From NCBI GenBank assembly GCA_050123235.1, contig JASFHL010000002.1, positions 15,326 to 79,325 on the forward strand: a DNA stretch of 64,000 nt, read 5' to 3'. Position 1 is the first letter of the stretch. Every line of letters begins with the position of its first letter. A program made the position numbers and the translations under genes. Below the pieces are notes generated by a model. The model searched no databases. It saw only the letters and a list, made by a program, of their open reading frames with translations, and was not told the origin of the DNA. This DNA comes from Candidatus Woesebacteria bacterium. GTDB lineage: Bacteria > Patescibacteriota > Microgenomatia > UBA1400 > PJMF01. Positions 20,572 through 30,284 of this stretch are shown piece after piece.

Positions 20572-21300
20572 CTAAGCTTTATCATATATATCTTCGGATA
20601 ACTCTAAAGCCTTTCTTATTGGTTCTGCAAAATAAATTTCACGCCAGGCTATATTAAAGCAATTATAATAATCGTCTACTTTATTTTTTAACCAATCTGG
20701 TAAAAGAAAATTAGGCAAATGAGCCTCAGTTTCCATCTTTTCTCTCCATTGAGGAAAAACCTGATCAAAGATAATATCAGCATTATCTGTCTCAAATTCA
20801 CTTAGATTACTGCTTCTATATAAATCCAGCATTGCTTGAAAAATATAATTAGCTTGCTCATCAGTAAGATCAGCTACTGCCTCTTTTTGGGCTGCCCCCA
20901 CCTCCATTCCATGAATAGGCTGTTCATGTCCAGAGGCCAAAGCACTGAAACTGGCTCTCATCAATTCCACAGCTCTTTCCTTAGTCCGAGTGAAAAATAA
21001 AAATTCCTTTTCTTGCCTACGTGCCATTTCTAAAAACAAATCATTAATTAAATCTGGTGCCTGAAGAGCAATTAGAGAAGCTGTGATAGCTTGCCAATGA
21101 CTTTCACTATCTTTGGATAGTGGATTGAACCTTGAAAAAAGTTCAATCAAATTATCTAATTCTTCAAATTTAGAAGGCTCAATAACACCACGATCTTGCG
21201 ACCTATTAGTCAACCACTCAACAGCATGCAGAGCATCATCTTTAGTATAAAAAAGTACTGCTAATCTTTTTTCATGATTTGCTCTTGTTCTTTCTGCCAT
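20572..21300 (-). CDS. Hypothetical protein (orphan, predicted helical)
   Basis: 242-aa ORF from ATG 21300, co-oriented between murB and murA; no motif recognised. Confidence 0.65.
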   Translation of the reverse strand: MAERTRANHEKRLAVLFYTKDDALHAVEWLTNRSQDRGVIEPSKFEELDNLIELFSRFNPLSKDSESHWQAITASLIALQAPDLINDLFLEMARRQEKEFLFFTRTKERAVELMRASFSALASGHEQPIHGMEVGAAQKEAVADLTDEQANYIFQAMLDLYRSSNLSEFETDNADIIFDQVFPQWREKMETEAHLPNFLLPDWLKNKVDDYYNCFNIAWREIYFAEPIRKALELSEDIYDKA

Positions 21301-21324
21301 AAAATAACTTTCTTTCAAGAATTA

Positions 21325-22284
21325 CTATTTTAAATAAAAAACTTCTTCTTCTAGCTCTACTTTAAATTTCTCTTTAACTTTCTTTTTTACTTTTCTGATT
21401 AAACTTTTAATCTGAGCCGCCGTGCCATTACCTAAATTCACAAAAAAGGCTGCATGTTTGTGACTAACTTCAATATCACCTTCACGCTCGCCTTTTAAAC
21501 CAGCCTGATCAATCAAGAAACCAGCTGGAATAAACTCTTTATCAGCAAATTGAGGGAAAAGTTTTTTTAACTTTTTCGTATTAACAGGATTTCTAAAAAC
21601 ACAGCCACTGCTTGGCATACCTAAGGGCTGAGTTTCAGCACGATACAAAGTAGATTTTTTAATTAACTCTTGTGATTTTTCTTTATCCCCTTTAGCCAAA
21701 AGAAAATCAACTCGCAGAATCACTTCCTTTGATTTATGAAAACGAGAACTATCATAAGCAAAATCGCAATTCTTAGCTTCAAGCCAAAGTATTTCACCTT
21801 TTTTATTTAAAACTTCTACTTGTTTGATGTGCTCGCCAATTAAATCTGATAAATAATGGGCATTATTAAACACCGCACCACCCAAGGTTCCTGGAACACC
21901 TAAAAAATATTCAAGTCCTGTAAGACCCATGTCAACAGTTTTAGCCACCAGAGTTGACATTTTAATACCTGCATCTACTCTAATTACAGTACCCTGTTTT
22001 TCTTCTGAGATTAATTCTAACTCCTCATTTAATAAGCGTAATACCACTCCTTTTACACCCTCATCAGCCACTATGATGTTACTGGCTCCGCCAATGAGAG
22101 TGACTTTGATTTTTTCTCTAAAACAAAAGCTAAGGAAATCAATTATTTGTTCTCTGTCTTTTAACTCTAGATAAACTTCAGCCGGGCCGCCAATTTTAAA
22201 ATAAGTTTTTGGCGCTAATGATAAATCATAATTAAAATTTAAATCTGGAAATTGAGCTGATAACAGTTTCTGTAATTTCGTCAT
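21325..22284 (-). CDS. murB: UDP-N-acetylenolpyruvoylglucosamine reductase
   Basis: FKIGGPA, GGASN, GVPGTLGGAV, PSSGCVFRNP, KHAAF, LEEEV. Confidence 0.95.
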   Translation of the reverse strand: MTKLQKLLSAQFPDLNFNYDLSLAPKTYFKIGGPAEVYLELKDREQIIDFLSFCFREKIKVTLIGGASNIIVADEGVKGVVLRLLNEELELISEEKQGTVIRVDAGIKMSTLVAKTVDMGLTGLEYFLGVPGTLGGAVFNNAHYLSDLIGEHIKQVEVLNKKGEILWLEAKNCDFAYDSSRFHKSKEVILRVDFLLAKGDKEKSQELIKKSTLYRAETQPLGMPSSGCVFRNPVNTKKLKKLFPQFADKEFIPAGFLIDQAGLKGEREGDIEVSHKHAAFFVNLGNGTAAQIKSLIRKVKKKVKEKFKVELEEEVFYLK

Positions 22285-22310
22285 TTATAATATTATAACC
22301 TATCTAGATT

Positions 22311-23033
22311 ATGTTAAATAACAATCAACAAAAACTTGATGAAAAACCATTCCTAAAAAAATTGACTAAAGATAGTAAGGGGATAATTTTAATTGACAAA
22401 CCATCTGCCTGCACCAGTCACGATATAGTAAACAAAGTTAGAAAAATAACAGGTATCAGAAGAGTAGGGCATTGTGGCACACTTGATCCGTTGGCTACTG
22501 GTTTATTAATCATCCTCATCGGAAGAGAATTTACCAAGCAACAAAACAAATTTCTCAAACTAAATAAAGAATACCTTTGTCAAGCTCAATTGGGTCTTAA
22601 AACTGATACTTATGATATTGATGGACAAGTGTTAGAAACAGCAAATTGGGAAAAAATCAATCAAATTACTCAAGATAAACTTAAGAGTATCTTAAAATCA
22701 TTTAAAGATACTCTTGAACAAAAAGTGCCTGCTTTTAGCGCTGTTAAAGTCAAGGGAAAAAAGCTTTATCAGCAGGCTAGAAAAAGTAAGGTTAAAATAG
22801 AAAATTTACCAACTAGAAAAATAAAAATCTATAATTTAGAGCTAATTGATTTAAATAAAAATAAAAAAAAGAAACAATGCCTTTTTAAGATTAAAGTTAA
22901 ATGCAGCAGTGGTACTTATATTCGCTCACTGATTAATGATATTGGTGAAAAGTTAGGCGTTGGTGCTACCGTTATCCAGTTGAGGCGAACTAAGATTGAT
23001 CAATTCAAAGTGGAGGATGCTATCAAAATTTAG
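22311..23033 (+). CDS. truB: tRNA pseudouridine(55) synthase
   Basis: DKP..TSHD, GHCGTLDPLATG, PAFSAVKVKGKKLY, CSSGTYIRSL. Confidence 0.96.
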   Translation: MLNNNQQKLDEKPFLKKLTKDSKGIILIDKPSACTSHDIVNKVRKITGIRRVGHCGTLDPLATGLLIILIGREFTKQQNKFLKLNKEYLCQAQLGLKTDTYDIDGQVLETANWEKINQITQDKLKSILKSFKDTLEQKVPAFSAVKVKGKKLYQQARKSKVKIENLPTRKIKIYNLELIDLNKNKKKKQCLFKIKVKCSSGTYIRSLINDIGEKLGVGATVIQLRRTKIDQFKVEDAIKI

Positions 23034-23034
23034 C

Positions 23035-23613
23035 TTAATAGCTTGCTGCTTCAATTACACCAACTACAGAGCTAGGCCAATATCGAAAAAAAGCTCTGCC
23101 TACAATATTTGAACGAGGCACTGGTCCCCAAGACCTACTGTCACTTGAATAAGGCCTGTTATCACCCACACAAAAATACTCATCTGGTCCAATGGTGATT
23201 TTTCTGCCTTTAGTAAATGGTCCTGCTAATGTTTGAAAATCTGCTGGAATGTAGCTTTCTTTTAGAGCTTGGCCATTAACAATAATACTATTATCTCTAA
23301 CTTCAACAATATCTCCAGGTACAGCCAAAACTCTCTTAATAAAATCACAACCTGTACCTTTAGGACAATGTGCTTCAGCAGGAGCATGAAAAACAACTAT
23401 CTCACCTCGTTGCGGGTCTCTAAATCTATAAGTGATTTTATCAGTCAAAACATATTCACCACTCTGAAAGTTGGGCACCATTGATTGGCCATTTACTTGA
23501 TGTGGTTGGATAAAAAATAAATAAACAATTAAAAAGATTGATAAAGCAATCACAATTGTCTCCATGAAATCTAAAAAAAATCTAGCAATTCTTCTTAAAA
23601 TTTTGTTTACCAT
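23035..23613 (-). CDS. lepB: Signal peptidase I
   Basis: GQSMVP (Ser), FIKRV (Lys), GDNRPYSSDSRSWG. Confidence 0.95.
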   Translation of the reverse strand: MVNKILRRIARFFLDFMETIVIALSIFLIVYLFFIQPHQVNGQSMVPNFQSGEYVLTDKITYRFRDPQRGEIVVFHAPAEAHCPKGTGCDFIKRVLAVPGDIVEVRDNSIIVNGQALKESYIPADFQTLAGPFTKGRKITIGPDEYFCVGDNRPYSSDSRSWGPVPRSNIVGRAFFRYWPSSVVGVIEAASY

Positions 23614-23789
23614 TGAGCTATATGTTACTCTCTTCTTCTAAAAAAAAGCAAGACTAATTACAGACTAAAACTATCTAAGTAAAAATTTAAATTATTAAAG
23701 TTATTAAAGAGAAAAAATAAAAAGAGCTAAAATTGGCCAAATGTATTACAATTATTTCAGGATTTATCTTTATGATTGAGCTTAAAACT

Positions 23790-25016
23790 ATGGACATAGC
23801 TTACACTAAAAAAGCAATAGCTGGCTTTAGTTGGCAAAGCTTACTAAAAATCTGCATTAATTTAAGTACTGCTTTTAAAATTTTCATCCTTGCTCGAATA
23901 CTTAGCCCCAATGACTTTGGTCTTTTCTCTTTAACAGTAATTGCTTTAGGCATTAGTGAATCTATTACTCAAACCGGTATTAACCTAACTATCATTCAAT
24001 CAAAGCATTCTGTTAAATATTTTTTAAATACTGCCTGGGTGATTGCTATTATTAGAGGATTTTTAATTGCTGTGATCATGGTTTCTCTTGGTATTTTATT
24101 AAGTAAATATTTTGAAAAAGCAGAATTAATGTTACTGATTTCTTTGGCAGCCTTAGTGCCTATTATTAAAGGTTTTATTAACCCAGCCATTGTCAGCCTG
24201 CACAAAAACATGCTTTTTTACCAAGATAGTCTTTATCGTTTATCTTTAAACATAGCTGAAGTTTGCTTTGCTATTGCTTTGAGCCTGCTGCTTAGATCTG
24301 CTTATGCACTAGTTTATGCTCTAATTTGTACCGCTCTATTTGAACTTTGTATTTCTTTTATTTTTTTAAAAGATAAGCCTGTGTTTGAATATTTACCATC
24401 TAGAGCTAAAGTCATTTTTGCCAATACCAAGTGGCTCAGCTTGGCTACAGTTCTCAATTATTTAAATGAAAATTTAGATGATTTCATAATTGGTAAAATC
24501 ATTGGCACCTATGGGTTGGGTATTTATCACAATGCTTATAGTTTAAGTCACAAAGTAAATTATGAAATTGCAAAATCTGTTCATCATGCTAGTATCCCTA
24601 TCTATACTAAAATAGTACATAATCATGAAAGACTTAAAAGAGCTTTTAAAAAAACCTTTACTGTAACTGCTCTAATCACTCTCTTATTATCTTTACCTTT
24701 ATTTCTTTTTCCTAAATTAACCATTACTTTGTTACTTGGCAATCAATGGCTCGATGCTATTCCCTTAGTACGTCCGTTAATTTTGGCCGGATTAGTGCAA
24801 AGTTTGGTGATGGCTAGTTATACTTTATTTTTGGCTAAAAAAAAGTATCAGGTCATGAATAAACATCTTTTTATATCCCTAATGCTAATGTTTGTCTTAA
24901 TGACTATTTTAAGCAAAAAATATGCTTTAACAGGAGCAGTAACTGGCTTGCTTTTTGCTAGAATAATTGCCATGCCTGTGGTAATGAAAGAATTAATAAA
25001 TGAAACAAAAGGATAA
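23790..25016 (+). CDS. Polysaccharide flippase (Wzx/WzxC-like)
   Basis: ILARILSPNDFG, DDFIIGK..G..GLGIY, about 12 TM segments; start uncertain. Confidence 0.85.
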   Translation: MDIAYTKKAIAGFSWQSLLKICINLSTAFKIFILARILSPNDFGLFSLTVIALGISESITQTGINLTIIQSKHSVKYFLNTAWVIAIIRGFLIAVIMVSLGILLSKYFEKAELMLLISLAALVPIIKGFINPAIVSLHKNMLFYQDSLYRLSLNIAEVCFAIALSLLLRSAYALVYALICTALFELCISFIFLKDKPVFEYLPSRAKVIFANTKWLSLATVLNYLNENLDDFIIGKIIGTYGLGIYHNAYSLSHKVNYEIAKSVHHASIPIYTKIVHNHERLKRAFKKTFTVTALITLLLSLPLFLFPKLTITLLLGNQWLDAIPLVRPLILAGLVQSLVMASYTLFLAKKKYQVMNKHLFISLMLMFVLMTILSKKYALTGAVTGLLFARIIAMPVVMKELINETKG

Positions 25017-25773
25017 AAACTTATTAGCAGTAACTATAATTATTTTTAGTCATCGTGCTGATAAACGATTTAAGCAAGCTTTAAAATCAAGTCAATTTGC
25101 CAAAGAAATATTAGTTTTTGATTATCAAAGCCAAAATAATTGGACAGAACTTAAAAAAAATTTTCACTTTAAACTAATTAATAAAGATAAAAAAATTAGT
25201 AATTTTGCCAAAGCTAGGAATCAAGCTTTATTAAAAAGCAAATTCGATTGGGTCTTTTTTTTAGACAGTGATGAAATAATCGAGAGTGATTCAATTAATC
25301 AAATTAGGAAAATAATTAAAAACAATGATTACAATGCTGCTTCTATAATTAGAAAAGATTATTTTCATAATCAAGAATTGAAATGGGGGGAAACAGCTAA
25401 TAAACGAAGTGTTCGTTTACTTAAAAAATATAAAGTCCAATTTAAACGATCTGTCCATGAGGTAGCTAAAATAAAAGGTAAAATTAAAAAAAGCAAGATT
25501 GTTTTACATCACCATGCACATAACGACGTTAGCGAATTTCTCAACAAAATCAACTTTTACTCACAACTAGAAGCTGAGTTTCGACAACTCAGCAAAGTTC
25601 AATCAAAGTTAAAAATAATATTAGAGATGCTTTTTTACCCTTCAGCTAAATTTATACTCAACTATTTTCTAAAACTAGGAATTCTAGACGGTTTTAGAGG
25701 TTTAATTTATGCTATGCTGATGAGCATTCATTCTTTAAATATTAGAGTTATGCTTTATGAAAAAAATACTTAA
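25000..25773 (+). CDS. GT2 family glycosyltransferase
   Basis: NFAKARNQAL, WVFFLDSDE, VHE, GILDGFRG. Confidence 0.9.
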   Translation: MKQKDKNLLAVTIIIFSHRADKRFKQALKSSQFAKEILVFDYQSQNNWTELKKNFHFKLINKDKKISNFAKARNQALLKSKFDWVFFLDSDEIIESDSINQIRKIIKNNDYNAASIIRKDYFHNQELKWGETANKRSVRLLKKYKVQFKRSVHEVAKIKGKIKKSKIVLHHHAHNDVSEFLNKINFYSQLEAEFRQLSKVQSKLKIILEMLFYPSAKFILNYFLKLGILDGFRGLIYAMLMSIHSLNIRVMLYEKNT

Positions 25774-27064
25774 AATGGAATTATTTTTTTTCATTGTTTT
25801 TTTATCACTTTTTAGTTTGGGACAATTACAACGTATAGAATTAGGGCAAAAAATTGTTTTTTACTTTCATGATTTACTTATTTTTATCTGGTTATTATTG
25901 GTTTTTTTCTTTAAACAAAAACAATTAAAGACAGTAATCCAAAAATTAAAACTAAAAAATATTAAACTTGAATTATTGTTAATTTTTTGGATTATCATTG
26001 GCTTAAGTTTTAATTTTCTTAAAAATGGGCTTTATCTAATACCTTTACTTTATTTAATCAGATTGAGTTTCTATTTATCTTTTGCTTTCAATTTATCACT
26101 AATAAACAAGCAGTTTCAAAAAAACAAATACTTCAATCAATTAAATTTAACTAGATTTTTATGGGTAATGGCTGGTTTGTTTGTTTTATTTTTTGGTTTG
26201 CTCCAATATATCTTTTTACCTGATACTAGATTTCTATTTATCTTAGGCTGGGATGACCACTATTATCGTTTAATTAGTACTATTCTTGACCCTGCTTTTA
26301 CTGGTCTTTTATTTATTTTTACTCTAATTTATTTACAATCTCTACAGATAAAGAATAAAGATAAGTTTTTAATAGATCTCTACCTACCTAGCACTAGTTC
26401 ATTAGATCAATGTCTTAAGAAAATTAAAATTAATTTTGTCTCAGTATTAAAAATTTTTGCTAGTTTATTGCTAATACTTGCTGTTCTTCTTACTTACTCA
26501 CGCTCTTCTTATTTAAGTTTATTCATTGCTTTGATATTAATGACCTTTAAAAAAATAAAACAAAGGCAAATAAATAAAAATTCAATAATCACACTACTTG
26601 CTTATTTATTTATCAGCATTACAGCAATTCCTCTATTACCTAGACCTTCAGGTGAAGGGGTAAAGCTTGAACGCAGCAGTAGCATTGAAGCTAGAATTAT
26701 TGATAATCAAAGCTACTTAAACTCACTTCAATCAATTGAATACCTTATTGGCAAAGGCATTTTTAGCCAAAATAGAACAAAGCTCATGGACGCTCAAACA
26801 GCAATTCCTCAACATGCCAAAGTACCAGGAAATTTAATTGTTTTCTTTTTATATTACACAGGAATTGTTGGTTTAATTATTTTTATTAGCTTATTGATTA
26901 AATGGGGAAAGATTCTAATTAAAACAGATTACTATATTTTTGCCAGCTTTATTGCTCTCTTGACCCATAGTTTATTTAACAATAGTTTTTTTCAAATATT
27001 CATTTTACTAATGTTTTTGGGAGGCGTAGTTAGTATAAAAAAATCCAAAAATATTAAAATTTGA
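25757..27064 (+). CDS. O-antigen ligase/Wzy-like membrane protein
   Basis: Multi-TM; RLISTILDPAFTG, LTYSRSSYL, HSLFNNS. Confidence 0.75.
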   Translation: MKKILKMELFFFIVFLSLFSLGQLQRIELGQKIVFYFHDLLIFIWLLLVFFFKQKQLKTVIQKLKLKNIKLELLLIFWIIIGLSFNFLKNGLYLIPLLYLIRLSFYLSFAFNLSLINKQFQKNKYFNQLNLTRFLWVMAGLFVLFFGLLQYIFLPDTRFLFILGWDDHYYRLISTILDPAFTGLLFIFTLIYLQSLQIKNKDKFLIDLYLPSTSSLDQCLKKIKINFVSVLKIFASLLLILAVLLTYSRSSYLSLFIALILMTFKKIKQRQINKNSIITLLAYLFISITAIPLLPRPSGEGVKLERSSSIEARIIDNQSYLNSLQSIEYLIGKGIFSQNRTKLMDAQTAIPQHAKVPGNLIVFFLYYTGIVGLIIFISLLIKWGKILIKTDYYIFASFIALLTHSLFNNSFFQIFILLMFLGGVVSIKKSKNIKI

Positions 27065-27803
27065 AAAAAACAGTAATCACTACCTTGCTTTTATTACTAG
27101 CTTGATCTATAGCTTCAATCTCCAACTTATTTTCACCTTCCTTTAGTTGATAGGTAGTTTTAAAACTACCATCACTCTTAGCATAAACCACTCTGCCATT
27201 GATATATACCTTAGCCTTTGATTCTGTTTTACCTTTAATTTCAACTAATTGATTTTTCTTCAATTCAATTTGAGCTCCATCTTGTGGATTCTCTAATTCA
27301 ATTTTTGGTTCTTCATTGTCCATCAAAATATTGTATGTTCTTGTTTTAACTGATTCATTGCCAGCAGCGTCAATTCCATACAAAAGTAACTCGTTGTCAC
27401 CTGATTTCAAATTTAGTCTGTAATCAAAATTACCCTCTTCATTTACTTGCACATGATCCAATTCTTGATTATTTAGTACAAAGACAACCTCACTATCAGC
27501 TTCTGCATAACCACTTAAATCAATACTAGCACTGTAAGTGGCAGAGACTGGCGCTTCAATCACAGGCACCTGTGGTGGAATTTGATCACCTAGGTCAATA
27601 TTGTTACCCTTATCTATGATCTTAAAAAACAATTTTATTACAGCAGGCATCACTACTAATAGAAAAATAATTAAAATGGCTAATGATAAAACAGCAAAAA
27701 TTAGAGTTTGTTGAGTTAATTTTTTTTGCTCTTTTTTAGCTAGTCTGGAGGAAACAGTTCTTTTACTTCTCTTTCCTGGATAATAAATATTACTATTTTT
27801 CAT
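27054..27803 (-). CDS. Membrane-anchored protein with two bacterial Ig-like domains
   Basis: TM followed by repeats LKSGDNEL..GIDAAGNES and LKEGENKLEIEAIDQASN. Confidence 0.75.
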   Translation of the reverse strand: MKNSNIYYPGKRSKRTVSSRLAKKEQKKLTQQTLIFAVLSLAILIIFLLVVMPAVIKLFFKIIDKGNNIDLGDQIPPQVPVIEAPVSATYSASIDLSGYAEADSEVVFVLNNQELDHVQVNEEGNFDYRLNLKSGDNELLLYGIDAAGNESVKTRTYNILMDNEEPKIELENPQDGAQIELKKNQLVEIKGKTESKAKVYINGRVVYAKSDGSFKTTYQLKEGENKLEIEAIDQASNKSKVVITVFFKF

Positions 27804-27893
27804 AATGATCTTATTCTATCAAGGTTCTAGTATTTTTTAAAATTTAAAGCTTTATCTAAACTAATTCTTAAATTAGCTTAGGCTAATCCTCTG

Positions 27894-27966
27894 AGCCTGT
27901 GATCGGATTCGAACCGATGACCTACGGTTTACGATACCGTTGCTCTACCAACTGAGCTACACAGGC
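27894..27966 (-). tRNA. tRNA-Thr(CGT), CCA not encoded
   Basis: GCCTGTG/CACAGGC acceptor stem, ACGGT-ATCGTAA-ACCGT anticodon arm, GGTTCGAATCC T arm. Confidence 0.93.
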
Positions 27967-28020
27967 AAAGATAATCTTAATCTCATCTTAAGTTTATCTT
28001 TTATCGAAAAAATAAAAATG

Positions 28021-28091
28021 AGCGGGTGAAGGGAGTTGAACCCTCGCCTCAACCTTGGGAAGGTAGCATTCTACCGCTGAACTACACCCGC
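28021..28091 (-). tRNA. tRNA-Gly(CCC), CCA not encoded
   Basis: GCGGGTG/CACCCGC acceptor stem, anticodon loop TTCCCAA, GGTTCAACTCC. Confidence 0.92.
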
Positions 28092-28178
28092 TTCTACTTG
28101 AACTCAATTATAACCTTAAACTTTGAATTTAATAGAGATGGATATTAAAATAGTGAAGTAAATATCTTTTATGAATTA

Positions 28179-28784
28179 TCAACTAGGTAGGACCAAATTA
28201 ACTTGAGGATAAATTAAATCAGGGTTGTTGCCAATCACAGCTCGATTAAGTTGATAAATCTCTACCCAACGATAGCTATCACCTAGCTGTTCTTCTGCTA
28301 TTTTCCATAAACTGTCACCTTTTTGAATAGTGTAAGATCTTCCGCTTGCTAAACCACCCTTAGTCTGAGCAGAATCTTGTTCTTGAGGAGTTGCTAAATC
28401 TGCATCCTCTTGGCTTTGAGACAAACCACTTGAAACTGAAGCTATTTTTTCTTCCCTTTGAACTGTGGGAGAAAGAGAGCTGGGGACAAGGCTTGGTGTT
28501 GGTGAAAGTGCTTTAATTGTAGCCTGGACTATAGTTGGCGAAGGAGAAGCTTGCTTTACAGATTCATCTTCTAAGGAAACAGTGGAAGAAGTGATAGAAA
28601 CTTTACTTACTTTAGCTGGCTGTTGTTGACATTTTAACCAGTAACAAAGATTTTCTTTTTGAAAAGTAAACAGCGCAACTAATAAAACAGCTAAACTAAA
28701 AATACCCAATAAAAAAGAACTCAAAATAATTTTTAATTGCTTTTGAAAAACTTTTAAATAATATTTAATAGTGCTTTGATTCAT
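28179..28784 (-). CDS. Membrane-anchored LysM domain protein
   Basis: TM, S/P/T-rich linker, C-terminal YTIQKGDSLWKIA...NPDLIYP. Confidence 0.88.
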   Translation of the reverse strand: MNQSTIKYYLKVFQKQLKIILSSFLLGIFSLAVLLVALFTFQKENLCYWLKCQQQPAKVSKVSITSSTVSLEDESVKQASPSPTIVQATIKALSPTPSLVPSSLSPTVQREEKIASVSSGLSQSQEDADLATPQEQDSAQTKGGLASGRSYTIQKGDSLWKIAEEQLGDSYRWVEIYQLNRAVIGNNPDLIYPQVNLVLPS

Positions 28785-28932
28785 ATGATTTATTTTAGTA
28801 GGCAAGGTAAATTAGTCTGGGACAGCTGATAGCCTGTTGATTATAAGACTAAAAATAACAATCAATCTATTACATTTTAACATAAAAAATTTATTTGGTC
28901 TTTAGAAATTTTAAGCATGATAAAATTCAAAT

Positions 28933-29490
28933 ATGACAATTCAACAATACAAAACAACAATAGATTACCCTGTAACTCAGTGCACTTTATGTTATTTATT
29001 AGATGAAGATCGAGTGCTTTTAGCTAAGAAAAAAAGAGGCCTAGGTAAGGGAAACTGGTCAGGAGTGGGAGGTAAAATCGAAGCTGGTGAAACAATTGAG
29101 GCTGCCGCTATTAGAGAAAGCATAGAAGAAATTAGCGTCACACCTCTGAAAATTAAAAAAGTAGCTAGCTTAGGATTTTATTTTCCTTATGTAGCTGAAC
29201 CAGTCAAGTGGAGTCAAGAAGTTCATGCTTTTATCAGTCATCAGTGGCAAGGAGAACCACAAGAAACAGCAGAAATGGCACCTCAGTGGTTTAATATTCA
29301 GAAAATACCTTTTGACAAGATGTGGTCTGATACCAAGCACTGGTTACCAAAAGTGCTGGCGGGTGAATCACTCAAAGCTAATTTTATTTTTGATAAAAAA
29401 CTAAAAGTCAAAGAAGTAGAAATTAAAACTTTTGATTTTATTTTGCGAGCTAAAGCGGAATTGGGTGGAACCGCTGGCATCCTCACTTGA
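28933..29490 (+). CDS. NUDIX hydrolase, 8-oxo-dGTPase (MTH1/MutT-like)
   Basis: KKRGLGKGNWSGVGGKIEAGETIEAAAIRESIEE, IPFDKMWSD. Confidence 0.88.
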   Translation: MTIQQYKTTIDYPVTQCTLCYLLDEDRVLLAKKKRGLGKGNWSGVGGKIEAGETIEAAAIRESIEEISVTPLKIKKVASLGFYFPYVAEPVKWSQEVHAFISHQWQGEPQETAEMAPQWFNIQKIPFDKMWSDTKHWLPKVLAGESLKANFIFDKKLKVKEVEIKTFDFILRAKAELGGTAGILT

Positions 29491-29548
29491 GAAGATTTTG
29501 GATAGGATGGGGAGGTGGTTTACGCCTGAAGAAATAAACCCAGCTCCT
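29445..29548. ncRNA. Candidate structured RNA (three hairpins closed by an outer stem), family unknown
   Basis: GAGCT/AGCTC outer stem; AGCGG/CCGCT, CATCCT/AGGATG and GGTTTA/TAAACC hairpins; GC-rich against AT-rich flanks. Confidence 0.4.
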
Positions 29549-29648
29549 ATTTATGCTTAATGTATACCTGTATGTTTTTAGAATAAAATAAAATAAAAAG
29601 TGATAGAATTAAGTTATCGGAGACTAAATTATCATACTATCTTTAATT

Positions 29649-30032
29649 ATGTTTTTAGTATTTGTTTTTTTAATGGGAGGCTTTTTCATCTATTTATCTC
29701 TAATAATAGCGTTTGTCTATGGTATCAGAAAAAGACACTATCAACCAAATAGATTGCTAGTTTTTATAAAAAGAGTTTCTATTGTAATTTTTTTACTTCT
29801 ATATCTTAATCTCACCTATCTAAAATATTTTTCAATTTTTGCTACTATAAAAAATCCTGTGCGAAACACAGTTAAGGACTTATTCTCTCTACAGAACTTT
29901 CAAGAAATTATTTTTAATCGTGCTTTTGCAGCTTATTTTCTAATCACCTTGCTTTTGTCAATCATATTTATGTATTTTGGTATCTTCCTGAGAAATTTAT
30001 TTACCAAACAAAAGAAAAAGAGCCATAAGTAG
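29649..30032 (+). CDS. Hypothetical membrane protein (about 3 TM)
   Basis: 127-aa hydrophobic ORF followed by a terminator. Confidence 0.65.
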   Translation: MFLVFVFLMGGFFIYLSLIIAFVYGIRKRHYQPNRLLVFIKRVSIVIFLLLYLNLTYLKYFSIFATIKNPVRNTVKDLFSLQNFQEIIFNRAFAAYFLITLLLSIIFMYFGIFLRNLFTKQKKKSHK

Positions 30033-30042
30033 CTCTTTTTTT
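30016..30042. terminator. Bidirectional intrinsic terminator
   Basis: AAAAAGAGC-cataagta-GCTCTTTTTTT between the convergent ORF and tRNA-Asp. Confidence 0.65.
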
Positions 30043-30049
30043 ATACTTG

Positions 30050-30122
30050 CGAGCCCGACCGGATTCGAACCGGCGATCTCCTGCGTGACAGGCAGGCATG
30101 TTAACCGCTACACTACGGGCCC
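30050..30122 (-). tRNA. tRNA-Asp(GTC), CCA not encoded
   Basis: GGGCCCG/CGGGCTC acceptor stem, CCTGC-CTGTCAC-GCAGG anticodon arm, GGTTCGAATCC. Confidence 0.95.
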
Positions 30123-30284
30123 ATTTGACATCAGATATTATAAAACTAAACCAATTTTTTTTCTAATCAAATTTCAACTCACATTTATTATGACAGTATC
30201 ATTATCATTTAAAATCAGGTTTAATCTTGATTAAAAACTGATATACTATAAAGATAAAAAAATATAAATTTAAAGAAAGATCTT

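Noticed and set aside
29445-29548. Assignment to ZTP riboswitch, hammerhead, tmRNA or SRP RNA
   Set aside because: Only short fragments resemble these (CGCCTG, CTGAAGA, CCAGCTCC); the required conserved cores are missing.
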